This document shows positions 1 through 13,760 of a DNA stretch of 64,000 bases, one piece after another. The stretch lies in NCBI GenBank assembly GCA_012295275.1, contig CM022665.1:8432001-8496000 (forward strand), in the 5' to 3' direction. A program made the translations under genes and the position numbers. The DNA is from Chrysomallon squamiferum. Lineage: Eukaryota > Animalia > Mollusca. Position 1 is the first letter of the stretch, and each line of letters begins with the position of its first letter. The notes below the pieces were generated by a model. It saw only the letters and a program-made list of their open reading frames with translations, made no database searches and had not been told where the DNA came from.

Positions 1-319
1 TTTTTTTATTTTAACAAAACATTATTCAACAAAATAAATAAATATATAAAAAATAATAAAATAATATAATTAAGAACAAGAATAATAAAATACTCAAAAG
101 TGAAAGAGGATGGCAAATATACTCTTTCAAATGGATGAATATTAGGTAACACTTTAGAACAAATAAAATACCACCATTGGGGGTAACTATTAAGTATACA
201 GAATTAATCGTTGATTAGAAAGTACTTGAAATATGGTAGTAGATATGTAAAAGAAACCAAAAAAAATACTAATCAATATTTTATGTTTTAAAACAGAAAA
301 GTAAAGATATGATACTTAC

Positions 320-2591
320 ATCAAAATACAATTTTCCAATATCAGGCCAAGGAAAAGTTGCTATTAAATTTCTCCAGTAGTGGTTTTTCAGGTTCTAGAA
401 ACAAAAATGATACATTTAAATTATATTTAAATGTAATATGTGTAAATCCTTTTGTTTCCCAAGGTGTTTTTGTTCCCTGAATATGTTCACTTGCTAATTG
501 TAATAATAACATTCAGACTTACTGGATTATCCACAGTTGTTATCCTTTACAAATGATTACTTTAGATCAGAACAAAATAAGCAGAAAAAAGGAAGAGTTT
601 CCTAATCATTTCAAACCATATTTAGATGTCCATAATGGACATTTACACTTTCCCAAGATACATGTCATCTATCTTCCACAAAAATAACATTTGTACATTC
701 TTCATGCATGGACTTTATTCAAATGAGTAACAGTTTAATACTTTGAAATTATAATTAAATCACAAACCTCGTAGACTTGAACTCCTTTAGCACATATAGC
801 CAACCACATATTGGCAACTTTATCTGTCTTTTTTCTTTTCACTTTGTAAAAATGTAAATTGTGTTCTGATGGTGGACCAGACACTTCACGAATAAACTTA
901 AGTTCTGCAACATTGCGAGTCATATTGTGAAGATCCTTATGCATTACAGGTGCATTTCTTGTAATAAACTCCAAACCTTTCTCTTTAATTATCTGAGAAT
1001 AATAATTATAATACATGACAAAAATATTCTACCAAAAAAACAAAAGTGCAAGTTGAAAGGTTTTGTTTTGATTCTAAATAGTCCTATCTAATTAGAATTA
1101 ATAGAAGTTCAACAAATAAACCAGGACAAAATAAAATAAAAGAAAGAACTGCATGTGAAAAAATCTTTGAGATTTTGTAAATCTTGTTTTTCCATAAATT
1201 ATTAGAAAACGTTTAACTGAAATGATGTAAAATATTTATGGTCATTCTGATTTAAAAATGCATACAAATGTTACCAAAGTAACAGTTTTTCTTTAAGTAA
1301 AGGTAGTTACCCAGGCAGGAAAGTATTTGCGAGGATCAAAGTATCCATCAGTGTGCTTCTCAGGTATGAAGTTGCCAAAGTCTGCCTGAAGAGTATAGCC
1401 CACTAACTGGAAACATTTCTCTACACTGTAACAGTGTTCATACTGGAGAAAATTCTCTTGCAGTTGAATATAATACAAATGACGAGTTATCTTCTCTCTG
1501 CATAATATTAAAAAGACACGTATAAAAACTAATAAATAATATAAAATTTTATTAAAATAAAAACAAATATTAAGAAAGGTATATAACACAATTAATGCAT
1601 TCAATAACTTTTCTTAAAAGTATATTTATATCTTAAAAAGGGTAAATAAAATATACTAAATTAAATACTTAAGATTATCTCAACCTTAAGTCATACATAA
1701 GTAAAAAAAAATTTCAGTAAAGTCTTTAATTAGATTAAATCAAACACAATTTGCACTCAAATGTATTTGATACTTCCTACCAAAACAAAAACAAACAAAA
1801 AAAGACCAGAAAAATATTTAATGATCACTGGTGAAGAGAAGTAGACCAAAGACGTCACTGTCTTGGGTACCTGGTGGAGTCAAATGTCAAAACATTTAGA
1901 ATAAAAAAAGTTCTTCTATAATAATCTTATCACAATACATTCCTAAATAACTAAACAACTTTTAGAAACAAAAATCCTAACCTAAAGTATATTCAAGTTC
2001 TGTGCTGTAATAATAATAAAATTTTATACTGACCTTAAGAGTACAGTTTGATCTACATAAAACTGTACTCGAAACCATACTGTCAAGAGTACCTGCCCTT
2101 GACAATCAAAACCCTGTAAAACAAAACAGCAAAAAAAAAAAAATCAGGTAAATCTATTTTAGCTACTTTATAAATAAAAAATGCATAATTGATTTACTGA
2201 TATTGTTATTTGTTTTTTTAAATTGTACTTAGCCTAAATGTTTTGCTGCAAATTGTCAAAAATAAATTTCAGATATATCTCTTAATAAACATGTTTATTT
2301 TGTAGCCAACTATCTCTATTTTGTGTCTTTAACTGATAACTATTAAGTACAAAAATGTATGTGTATTTACACACAGACATATTAAATAATAACAAACAAA
2401 TGAAAATAAAAATACAATAATTAATATATGTTTAAAAATTACCTCTCCTTCTCCTGTTTTCCACCTTTTTGGTGCCTGTTTGTGGATTTTTTCATCAAGA
2501 ACAAGGAACTGGTATTCATCATCTGCAAATTAAATAAAATATTAACTTAAAAAAAATAAAAAATTGATATGAACATTTATTACTATTAAAT

Positions 2592-2623
<32 letters not shown>

Positions 2624-3320
2624 AATTTTACAATACCTTTTTTCAGTGCAAGTCCAAAATATTCGGTCTCTCTGAGACTTAAATGTGATGCTACCTGGTT
2701 AAATACTTCCTGAAATTTGGACCTGACCTAGAAAAAACAAATATTTCATTCATCAGTGATAAATAACAAAATTCAGACAAATTTCCAGATTTATCTAAAC
2801 TGCAAGACTAGGATTCATGAAGTGTATAATGCTGCATAAATTAAACAGTAATAATATTTACTAACAGCAACTGTAATAGTAATATTGATAAATGAACTCT
2901 TGATATTGATTTTTAGGATGAAGTAACGATTATCATTATTGTTGTTCTGAAAGTTAATTAACTGATGAAACCTGTTACATTAACATTAAGCTCTCATAGT
3001 TTATCAAAATTCAAATGATGTGTCACCTGGTAGATTATTAATCAAAGTTTATTTACATACTAAACTGACAACAACAGAATCATTAATACAATTAATTAGC
3101 ATTGTATAAATCTGTAAGCAGTGATTACTATTTATTATAGGTAATAACTGATATAACTGTTAATGAAAGTTTTATACTCTTAGTGTGTAAAAGAACAGAC
3201 AAAATAATGGTGAAAGATACATACATCCACATAGACTGGGTATTCACTTCCATCAAGAAGGACAACATTGACAATTTTAGGTTTTTTCGTTGGGGTGTGC
3301 AAACACGTTACAGAGGACAT
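320..3320 (-). CDS. FERM-domain protein, FRMD6 (Willin)/Expanded-like; N-terminal 7 coding exons, gene continues off the left edge
   Basis: Phase-consistent GT-AG exons on the minus strand: 3320-3225 (MSSVTCLHTPTKKPKIVNVVLLDGSEYPVYVD), 2727-2637 (VRSKFQEVFNQVASHLSLRETEYFGLALKK), 2522-2443, 2113-2034 (LTVWFRVQFYVDQTVLL), 1497-1311 (TRHLYYIQLQE...LQADFGNF...YFDPRKYFPAW), 992-768 (FITRNAPVMHKD...HFYKVKRKK...LAICAKGVQVYE), 394-320 (FPWPDIGKLYFD). These are FERM F1-F3 motifs; the YF-P-YFP-W and FPW-IGKL patterns resemble FRMD6/Expanded as I recall them. Confidence 0.85.
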
Positions 3321-6300
3321 ATTACTCTGCAAAGCAGGTCCCTTTCAGGTGCTGATTGCATGAAGCACCAATTAGTTCACATTTCTGTAAAATAACAATA
3401 CTACTCTGTAGAGATACATTCATTCTTATACAAAAAATAAAAAAATAACCCAATTAAGTTTCATAATTTTATGTATGTTTGTATATATGTAGGCATAAAT
3501 ACATGTGTTAAAGTTTCTGTATTCTATGCCAAGGCAGCTTTATTCACATGATATGCATTTCAAAAATAAATAATTTCTTAAAAATATATATGAAGCCTGT
3601 TAGATCTGTTACAATAAAAATAGATTAAATTATTCATTATAACCATTCAAATGTAATAGTTATTTTTTTTTAAATTAGAAAATGTATCTGAAAGTAACAG
3701 AGACAACAGAGTGTAGCAGTTATTTAAGCTTTAAATAAGCTGAAATTTATGAAATGTGGATTTAGGATTAACAAATACAAAATTTATTTAGATTTTGTAA
3801 CACTATTATGCCAGAATCTTTTTACAAAATACAACATTAATACAATAAAAATATAAATCCTTTCATACTGTTAATAGTATATTAATGTTAAACAAATTAT
3901 ATAAGTGGAACATTCCAAGACAGTGCATGTATACCAAATTTTGGCAAACTTGCCAAGAAGAGCTAAACTGTACAGATGAGAGAACCATCACCTTATGATG
4001 TGCAGGAAAAGCAATATGTATAAACAAGATTAGAGAAGTGCAAGTCTTAACATTTCTTTGACAGCACACAGCGTTACTGCAGTTTCTAGAAATATTAACA
4101 CCTACACAACAAATTCTTTACACACAGCTAGTCTTCCTGTAACCTGTGTGTTTTTCAAATACTTCTGTGAGAAAGTACTTGCACATTATTGTTACACAAA
4201 TTTGACTTGTGATCAAATTTTAAATACTTTTAACTGATTAAAAACAAGTAAATAAATAAGTAAAATATTTCTGTGATAATAAATATATAGATTTATCTGA
4301 TATCAATATACAGATGTGTAAGTAGTTTTGCAGGAACTTTTTGCTGGTAAAATAAATAAAGATGTAAGAATATTAAGAAAAATAAACACACACACACATT
4401 CATACACAAGTACAACACAATAAATATTATCAGTTATCTAATATTTTCTAAATATAAAAATAAATATTAAAAGGATAACAGGAGGACAGTACAAGAAAAA
4501 TTGTTAGTATTTACATTACAAAAAAAATTATTATAATAAAATAAAAATTAAATTAAAGAAATATAAAAACAAAGCATTCTTAAGTGGTAAATTAAATAAT
4601 TTTGTATTAACACAAAACACACAAAAAGATATAGTTTAATCTTTTACAAACAAAATGCAAATAAATGTGGATTAAGAAAACAGTCTATACTGTAAATGTT
4701 AAAATTTAATGATTATAGTACAGTTTCCCATAAATCAAGTATACAACTTACATGCAGGTTCTTAGTATAATTGTTTTAATGAACTAGTAATAATATTTTG
4801 AAAAGGTGCAAAAAAAATAATATTAAAATATTTCTCTGACAGGTCTTGTAAAATGTAGTAATTACAATTACATAAAATACTTTAGTTATCTACTTTTCTG
4901 GCATTTATATTGTCATTTTATCCAAATGCATAAAATATAACTAATAAACACCTTCATACACACTTTAATAAAACAAATATAAATAAATAAATAAAATACA
5001 CAAACAACCGTACGCATGTTAAATTTTTATTAGAAACATTTTGCTACACTTTTCCCTGTAAAATTTAAGTAGAAAAGACTTCTGAACTAATTACCAACAC
5101 AGTATTTTAATGTATGATTTAGCTGCTGAAAAATTATGATTCCAGATAAAATGTATTCTATAAATATTTATATTATTATTATTACTAAAATAGGTCACTA
5201 ATAGATTATTCAAACAAAATTGCATGAAGGTGAAAAATAAATATATAAAAAAGAAATAATTACTGATTTTATATTTTATGCTGACCTTTCTTCTCTTTTT
5301 ATTACTCTTTATCAATGTCAAGAACAGGAAAATAATAAATAAAATATAAAAATATAAAATAAACAGATGGTAGTCAGTTTCAATGCCCTTTATCCCCCAT
5401 AGTTTTTTTTCTTCTTTTAAATTATTTCTTACAAGAAGGTGGATAATTCATGCAAAATAAACTGGAAAAAAGATATGTTTTAGAAAACCTACCATTATAC
5501 CATAAACTTCTATTATACTATCAACATATAAATATCAGATGCAAATCACAGCAAATTAAATTAAAATATTAATATTTCAAATAAACTGTAATTATTTGAA
5601 ATATTTGTTTTTTTCAAACATATGTTTTTTCTTTTTAAAAAACTATTATCTTCATTTGTTAATTTTAGCAGATGTTTAAATTTTAAATCAGTTGTTCAAT
5701 GTATAAATTATACTGAAAACGAAAGAGGATAAATAATAATAATAACAATAATAATAATAATAATAACAAATAGTTGTACACTTATTTATTGCTTAATACA
5801 AATGAACTTGGGATCAATTAAAATAAATTTATAATGTCTGTGAGACCTTTGATAAATTAAATCTTTTCTTATTATTTTTATGGCATTAATTATCAGACTA
5901 ATTATCCTTTATTTAAAAATATTAAGGTATTCTGAACAATGAAATTTTGTGTAAAAGTGGAAAATTTTAAACAATTTTATGAATCCAAACTATTTTACAA
6001 TTTTTTAAAAATGTTTTGAAATAAAATAACTTATTTTTAAATGATCAAATTACAAATCACTTACAATTAATTTTTTTAATTTTCTTTTTTTCTGGTTTCA
6101 TTTAGAAGTATTTTTGTTATCATGCCATAACAATTACATTTAAATAATAACTCATATGACATACATGTTATTAGCCAAAACCTGTCCTGGTAAATATATT
6201 AGTTAATAAACAAGCCAAAATTATGTTTTAATAAAAAGAGAAAGGATAAATGCATGCAATATCAATTTGTGTCACAAATTTAACTGTTTATGCGTAGTAT

Positions 6301-7179
6301 AAATATTAAAATCAATATTATCCATATAAATTTAGTAATCAAATGAAAAAATATAATTTTGCAAAGTACACATCAAACATATATAATAAACACTTGTAAC
6401 TTGGTTAAAACAATAAAGAACACTTGCCCATCTGAAGCAATTTCAGTACAAATGGACACTAAATTACGTATGATTGTTATTGAAAAGAAGTGTCAGTTTA
6501 CTAATGTTACCACAATTAATGATAATCTGAAAATGTACAAAGCTTATCAATTGAACTGAATATTTCACATATAAAATATTTTGAATTCAGGCATTTTATC
6601 TGAAATGAATTCAGTAATGTTAATTTCTCATACAAGTATTCTAACCTGTGTATTATATTTTTTAGAAATACAATTAGCTTTCTGGACAACAATACATATT
6701 TGTAGCATAACTTTACTGAACTCATTAATTTAATTCCTAAAATATTTATTACTATAACCATATTGTGTTAAAACTATTAATACAGATACTGTATAATATT
6801 TCATTGTCAATTATTTGGTATACTTTTTCTACTCTTAAAGTCTTAACATTCAGAATAAATATTTTCCTAACAGTATAATTTAGTAATTAAATAATGGTAA
6901 GTATTCTTCTTATTAGTATTACTATTATTACTTTTGTCTAGTTATATTTTGTTATTTATAACTGTATTAAATCTTATGACAAAATAGTTGATACGATTAT
7001 TAATTTTGGTTCTATGTAATTATTAATGTATTTACATTTTTTAAAGTCCGATGTTTATTTAACAGAACTTATGTTTATTCCAGTCGTGAATGACAGGTAT
7101 TAGTTACATATGGTAATAAAAGACAGTAATAGTTTAAGTTATATGCCGTAAATCCACAAATACAACAAAAAATAGTACA

Positions 7180-7900
7180 GGACCAGTAACTTCAAGAATC
7201 GTGTCGCCCTTCCCCACCGAACACAGTCTTACTCTACCATCCCAGGAGTGCGTGAAAAAAACCCTTTAAAAAACACCTTAGTAAACTATGTCACAGCTTT
7301 ACTGTCATAACTAACCAAATACATGTAGCATCACCGATGCTTCCTCTTGTAAACTATGCTCTCCATTTTTGCGAACAGACGAAATATCTTCGAACAGAGA
7401 ACCAAATACCTAACATTCCAAACTTCTTTGTAGCTGCCGGATTTGATGGATCTAAATTAATAATCTCTAAACAAAATTATACATAAAATATTTGCAAGAA
7501 AATGTTATAAAATGCATATTACTTGTTTGCATTTAGTAATAAATATATTTTAAAACTATTATAAAAGAAAATGGTTAATAATGTATGTTTGTTGTTAAAC
7601 ATTTATTTGAGAATACAAACCACTAGATGGTGCTCTCTGTCATGCCCTTTGAACTAACGCATGAGGTGAATGTATGCAGTACTGCAAGGTGCTTGTGAAT
7701 AAGTAAAGTGTGGAACGATCACGTGTTTTTAGTATACCAAAAAAGAAGAACCAAAAAACATGAGCATACCCCAAATAAAATATATTTTTAAAATTGACAG
7801 TAGAGGTATATGGGGCAAATTGCATTTCCAAATGGACTGCCAGATACAGACGTAACAGAGATAGATACCCGAGTAACCGCGAGTTACCTGTAGTATTATA
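7180..7900. promoter_or_regulatory. Putative divergent promoter region for the FERM gene (minus) and THADA (plus)
   Basis: Local CpG/GC enrichment in very AT-rich DNA. A minus-strand donor (GTAAG, plus-strand cttac at 7228-7232) fits a non-coding first exon of the FERM gene. THADA has a splice acceptor at 8321, upstream of its ATG, so it needs an upstream non-coding exon in this region. Confidence 0.55.
7620..7634 (+). promoter_or_regulatory. CTCF-like motif CCACTAGATGGTGCT
   Basis: Close match to the CTCF core consensus CCASYAGRKGGCRS, lying between the two divergent promoters. Confidence 0.45.
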
Positions 7901-7996
7901 AATTATAATAATACTCCAATAATTTGTTGTAAATGTTCTATGTTAGTATGCAGGAAAATAAAAGAATAACAGTTAAATAATATGAATCCATTTTTA

Positions 7997-8034
<38 letters not shown>

Positions 8035-8210
8035 CAGTATAAGTATTAGTATTTAATATTTAAAAATTAAACTATTCAAGAATGTTTAATTTTTGACTAA
8101 CTCTTCAAAAGCTTTAGAAACAAACTTTTTCCTGTGTAGCCTTATGTTTGGATGAGATATAAAAATATTGGTAAAGAGCACTCGCCTGCTTTCTGTGCAC
8201 AAGTATTTTA

Positions 8211-8251
<41 letters not shown>

Positions 8252-8346
8252 TTAGAATGTTATGATCATTATTATTTTTGTTATATTATATTATATTATT
8301 ATTATTTATTATTTTTTTCAGAATTTGTTAAAACATAAAAGGTGAA

Positions 8347-11300
8347 ATGGAAGAATTGGAAGATCATGCTGCATATGGAGATATAATTTTAAAGAATGAT
8401 CCTGACTTGTTGAAGGACATTATAAATTGCAGGTTATTTCCCTCAGTTAAAAATTAAATAAATATTTAATAAATGGTAATTATTTATTTTAAAATGTTTT
8501 ACATTAAAATTTAATAAACTGCTGTTTTTGAAAACAGATTTCCAGTTGAATTGAAATTAATTTCATTTATTCTGCACAGTTTTTACCTGAAAAGCAATTG
8601 TTGTTGGTGTACCTGTTGTTTCACATTTTTTAAAATGTTTTTCGTATGAGAAAGAACACATAAAACAATTCCTGCTATATGTGTCATAGCAGTGGATTTT
8701 ACTTCAAATACTGCTGTGATTCTTAAAACATGATTTACACATAACATAACTATTAATATAAAAATATGATCAGATGTCATTCAGTATATGTTAATTCATT
8801 TATTAATTTTTTTGAGTTATATTTCGTGGTAAATGAAATCTTGTAGCTTTATAATTTTATAATAAATATTTTATTACTGCAGAGAATCTGATATGCCTGC
8901 ACTTGTGAAAAGACTGAATGCTTCTGTGTCTTCTCTAAAAGACATTTTCGCAAGTTCAGAAATCTCCAGCAGTGATGTCTTGAAGTATGCAAAATGTCTT
9001 GGACATTGTTATGGAATTCACATTGACACAAAACTGCAGAAACCACTAGAAAAGGTTTAAGCGATTTTTGTTTCTTTTTTCATATTTTATCATTATAAAA
9101 TTAATTAACTGTATCTTAAAATTCTGTTAATATAGTTATGAAAACCTTATGCCGTATATTTTAATTATTGCATGTTTGTTTGGATACATACTTTATATAG
9201 ATAAATGGATGTGTAATAATTATATACAACTGTCCAAGCTCTTCCAAAAAAAAAAATAACTAGCAAAAAAAAAAAAAAAAAAAAAAATTAATAATAATAT
9301 ATTAAAAATAAATAAATAAAAATAAATAATAATATAAATAAAAAATGAATAAATAAATAAAAATAATCAATGAAAGTAATTACATGGGTTGCTTATATCT
9401 GCATGTTTCATACATAAAACAAATTTTTCAATTTTTTTATTTTATAAAGGTACTACTAGGTTTGCCTGCTCCACTGCTTTCAGTTGTAAAACAAGATCTT
9501 GAATGTTACATGAAGAAGCTGTTATTACACAGATCTAATACAAGACAGCTGTCTCAATGTGTGTTTTCCTGCGATTATGTTCATAAAACAAAACAATTAG
9601 TGAAACATATATATATATATATATATAAAAGGATATTTATATATATATAAAATATATAATTGCTAGTCTTTGTTTAATATAAAATATAAATTTTAGTTAA
9701 ATTTAATGAATATAAAGATCTTTTTTTCTTAAAAATAGCATTAAGAAAGTTCATCATAAAATTATATGTGACTTAACAGAATTAACATGAAGCTCTATAC
9801 ATGTCATTAAAATGAATATAATCAGATTAAAAAGAATGCAATTTTAAAAACATTTTTCATATTATTTAGTTACATTTTGGTTTATTTTTAGTATCTGTGT
9901 TTTTGGAACAGCCTATTACAACAGATGTAATAGATAACATGATTCCTGATCTTTATGATTTTTTGAGGACACAAATTGATGAACTGCTTTCCAGTTCTTT
10001 TGAAGAATTTACCCAAGATAATTCATCCAGATTTGCAATTATTATAAAGGTGAATTCATACTTTCTTTAATTTTATTAAACTCTGTATTGTAAAATATAC
10101 TGAGTAAATAAAATTGTAATCTGTATTCCCGATTCTCATTTATTTTACCATTACTGTTTTCTTGTTAATTATTTTAAAACTGTTATTCAGTATGCATTAT
10201 TATTTAAATAGAAATAAATAATTTGTAGGTAGAAAATGATGATTTTGTACTGATAATATTTAATTAAATATTGTTATATAAGAAATAAATTATTCACATG
10301 ATTTTGCAAATTATTTTTATTTTTATTTTTTATAACAGACCACTTAAATGTTAACACCTAACTAATCATGATTTATAACTATTTATTGCATCCCTTTTTT
10401 ATTTTTTTCCATTTGTTTTTAGATCAGTTTACAGTTATTTCAACATCATGGCAATTCAGTGAAAAATATTGTTTGGATGGAAACACCTTCAAGCAGCAGA
10501 ATAAATAAAAGAAGTGTGAAGACTGTTGTACAGATGCTATTAATAACTTTAACTGAAAATGTAAGTATTACATAGACTTTTTTGACTTAAGATTACAAAA
10601 TTATAAAGCCAATAACTAATAATTTGCAAATTTATTTTCTCCAGTTGTTATTAAATAAAATTATTCAAATATGAAATATGTGTGTGGACAGTCAGTTACT
10701 AGTTGTTAATAAATAAGATAGAAAGTATCTGATTTTAAGAAAAGTAAAGTAAAATTAGAAAAATTAATTAAATAAATATGTATTTCCTCTTGCATTAATG
10801 TAAAGCTAAAATAATGGGGTAACTCATGTTTAATTTGCAGTGTTTTGGCTTGGATGTACAACTGTTGGCAGGTACAGCATTAACAATGTTGTTAAACACA
10901 GCACCAGACCCAGTTCTCTCTGTCACATCTTTCTGGACAATATATCAAGCTCTCATTGAAGGTTTGTATATTGATGTAAAGTAATATTTAAATATCCCAA
11001 TTTATAAATTAAGTAGAGTTATAACTGAAACTATATAAATGATACATCAACGATCAAAACTTGGAAATAAGTTAAACTTAAGATAATAAATATAAAATAT
11101 CTTTAAGACATCACAATTACATTTATTATCATTCTCAATTAATATTTATTTTAAATTTTAAAATTGTTACTATACCTCATATGACTAATAAATAAATAAA
11201 ATTTGCTTCAGTTTTAATTTGAAGTCTGTAATTCTGTAAGTTTTTTGGTTTGTCATCAAATAATAAAAATATCAAGATTAATTGTGATAAAATAATTACT

Positions 11301-13727
11301 TATATTTTTTTGCAACAGGAAATACTTGGAAAATATCTATTGGTCAATTAAATATTGCTTATCATTCAACAAGAAAGGAACATTCAGTAAAAAATTTGTT
11401 TGGGAAACTTGCTTTTATCAGAGGACAAATTGTTTGTGGCTTGGAAGATATCCTTTGCTGTGAGATAGTTATGGGACCAAGAGGAGATAGCCAAATCAAA
11501 ACACAGCAAGATAACACTTTGATTTTTCAGTTATTTCCAATAGTTTTAACATTTTGTGATGGTCCCCTTGATATACATTATCAAGGATTTCAACTGCTTT
11601 GTGATTGGTTTAGATGTCTTTTAAGAATGAATCTTCAAATTAAACAGAATTACAAAGCACAAATAAATAACAATTCCCATATTGTAAAAGAGACTTTAAA
11701 ACGAATCTGGTTGAACTGGGACAGTCCAGTGGATGGTGTTGCACACTATACTAGTGAAACATTTTCTCTGATGATGAAAATTTGGTCTCTTGAAGTGAAG
11801 GCTGGAATCTCTGACAATACTACATTTGCTAAAAATCTGTTAAAAATGTTGTTGGAAGTTCCCTGGTATACCAAAGGCAAATACAGACTACTGTGCATAC
11901 TTCTGCCATATGAAGATTCAGAAAAAGTAGGTTTAGATTTTATTTTTATTTTTGATTTCAATATCAATAGTTTATTGATAATGTAGAATATTTTAATGAA
12001 TTTCAAAAACTCTGACACAAATAACTCCACTTTCAGATATGTTTTTGTCTGTCAGATATCTGATATATGTGATAAAAGTTTAAGAATGTTGTTTTGCAAA
12101 TTGTTATGTTAGTAATGAGTGTTGCCAATGAAAATCTGTATTATTATTTTTTTGATATTTAAATAAATACCATCAAATTACACTTTTTACATCTTTAAAT
12201 TTTTCTGTTTCTGTTTAGATCCTGACATTACTTCCACAGATAAAAGATCATCTGCTTTTATGCATGAAGTTAAATTCATTGGCACCTGTTGCTGCAGATG
12301 TTTACAGAACATTCCTCTATCAACTAAAGTATGATTTTGTAGATTATTATTTTTGTTATTACTGTATTTAGATATAAGCTAATATTTTAACCATCCTTAT
12401 GCAACCAAGTCATTTTAGCTATTTTTAGGAAATTAATAATAATAATATGCAAGTAAACATCAATACAAAAATAATAAATAATTAAGTTAATTGGTATTCT
12501 GCAATGTGAAAAAAGTACTAATAATAATATTCAAAGAAATAATCATAAATAATTAGGTTGGAAGAATGATTGAATTCAAAAGAGAGTAAAGATATTTCAA
12601 TCCAGACAGTATTTTGAAGTTTACTAAATATACTACAGCATAATACAGTTCTTTATTTTCTTTTACTTCACAAAATAAAGTATATATATATATATAAACA
12701 AAATAATTGGTTAATAATAATAAGAATATGCAAGTAAACAATAGTATAAAAAATATTAAATAATTAAGTTATTCATATTCTGCAGTATGGAAAAAAACAA
12801 TACACAAAAATAATAATAATTGATTTTAGTAAATATATCTGACATATATTTTCACAAATAACAGACTCAACATAATTTTTAAAAAAATTATCCAGCATTT
12901 TACACATTACAGTTTATTTAATAAATTAGATTAACTTAAACATAAAAATCTTGTATATTCAATGCACTATTGTATATTATGAAAGTTTGCAACTTCAGAT
13001 ACTTTACACCTTTTGTATCTGAACATTAATTTTGTCTTTCTGTCAGAAATGATACTGATGACAAAGAAAAACAGATAACGAAATGGAAACCTCAGTGGAT
13101 GGATACCATTCTTATTGGATTACTTAGTGAAGATGTGTGAGTTTTCTTCCCTGTTGAAACACCAATCCATTTCATCATTGATGACTACTTTTTCAAATAG
13201 TGTCTTTTATATTCATATTCATAATTATCTACATATACCTTCAACAGTATTCTGCTTATTAAATTTCTGATTTAAATTATGGAAGATTGATTATTATTAA
13301 ACAAAAACAAATGATTTTCATATTTCACTAAAGTGTGTGGGTTTTTTTGTTTTTAAAATTTTTATACTGTGTTTTTGAATATTTTCCAGTTTTAATATCA
13401 CACATAGTTAATGTTTTTTTCAAAAGATCATTATTTATTTTTTCTTGCTGACCAGCTCATAATTAAATTTCAAAAGTTCAGAATCAAATAAATTGTGTGT
13501 ATTTTACAGTGTTCTCAGTAGAAAAATCAGCGAATATTGGGTAAAGTGGACTGTGAAACTTCTGTCTGGTTGTGGGTTGATGTTGAATAAAGAGCTGCAG
13601 ATTCAGTTTATGTCATGCAGATGTCCTTCAAAAAAGACTCGATTACTGTATGCATGGGCTGTTGTAACAAGAATTATAAGATGTAACCAATGTCTCAGCT
13701 TTGAAGATATTGTAAGTTATAGGATTT

Positions 13728-13760
<33 letters not shown>

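Noticed and set aside
3860-4200. GC-richer patch with a minus-strand GTATGA donor in the FERM 5' intron
   Set aside because: It could be an alternative 5' exon or enhancer, but sequence alone gives no ORF continuity or other support.
7810-7893. ORF MGQIAFPNGLPDTDVTEIDTR as the THADA N-terminus
   Set aside because: The next exon has an in-frame TAA (8329-8331) before ATG 8347, so this ORF cannot extend the THADA frame. At most it is a uORF.
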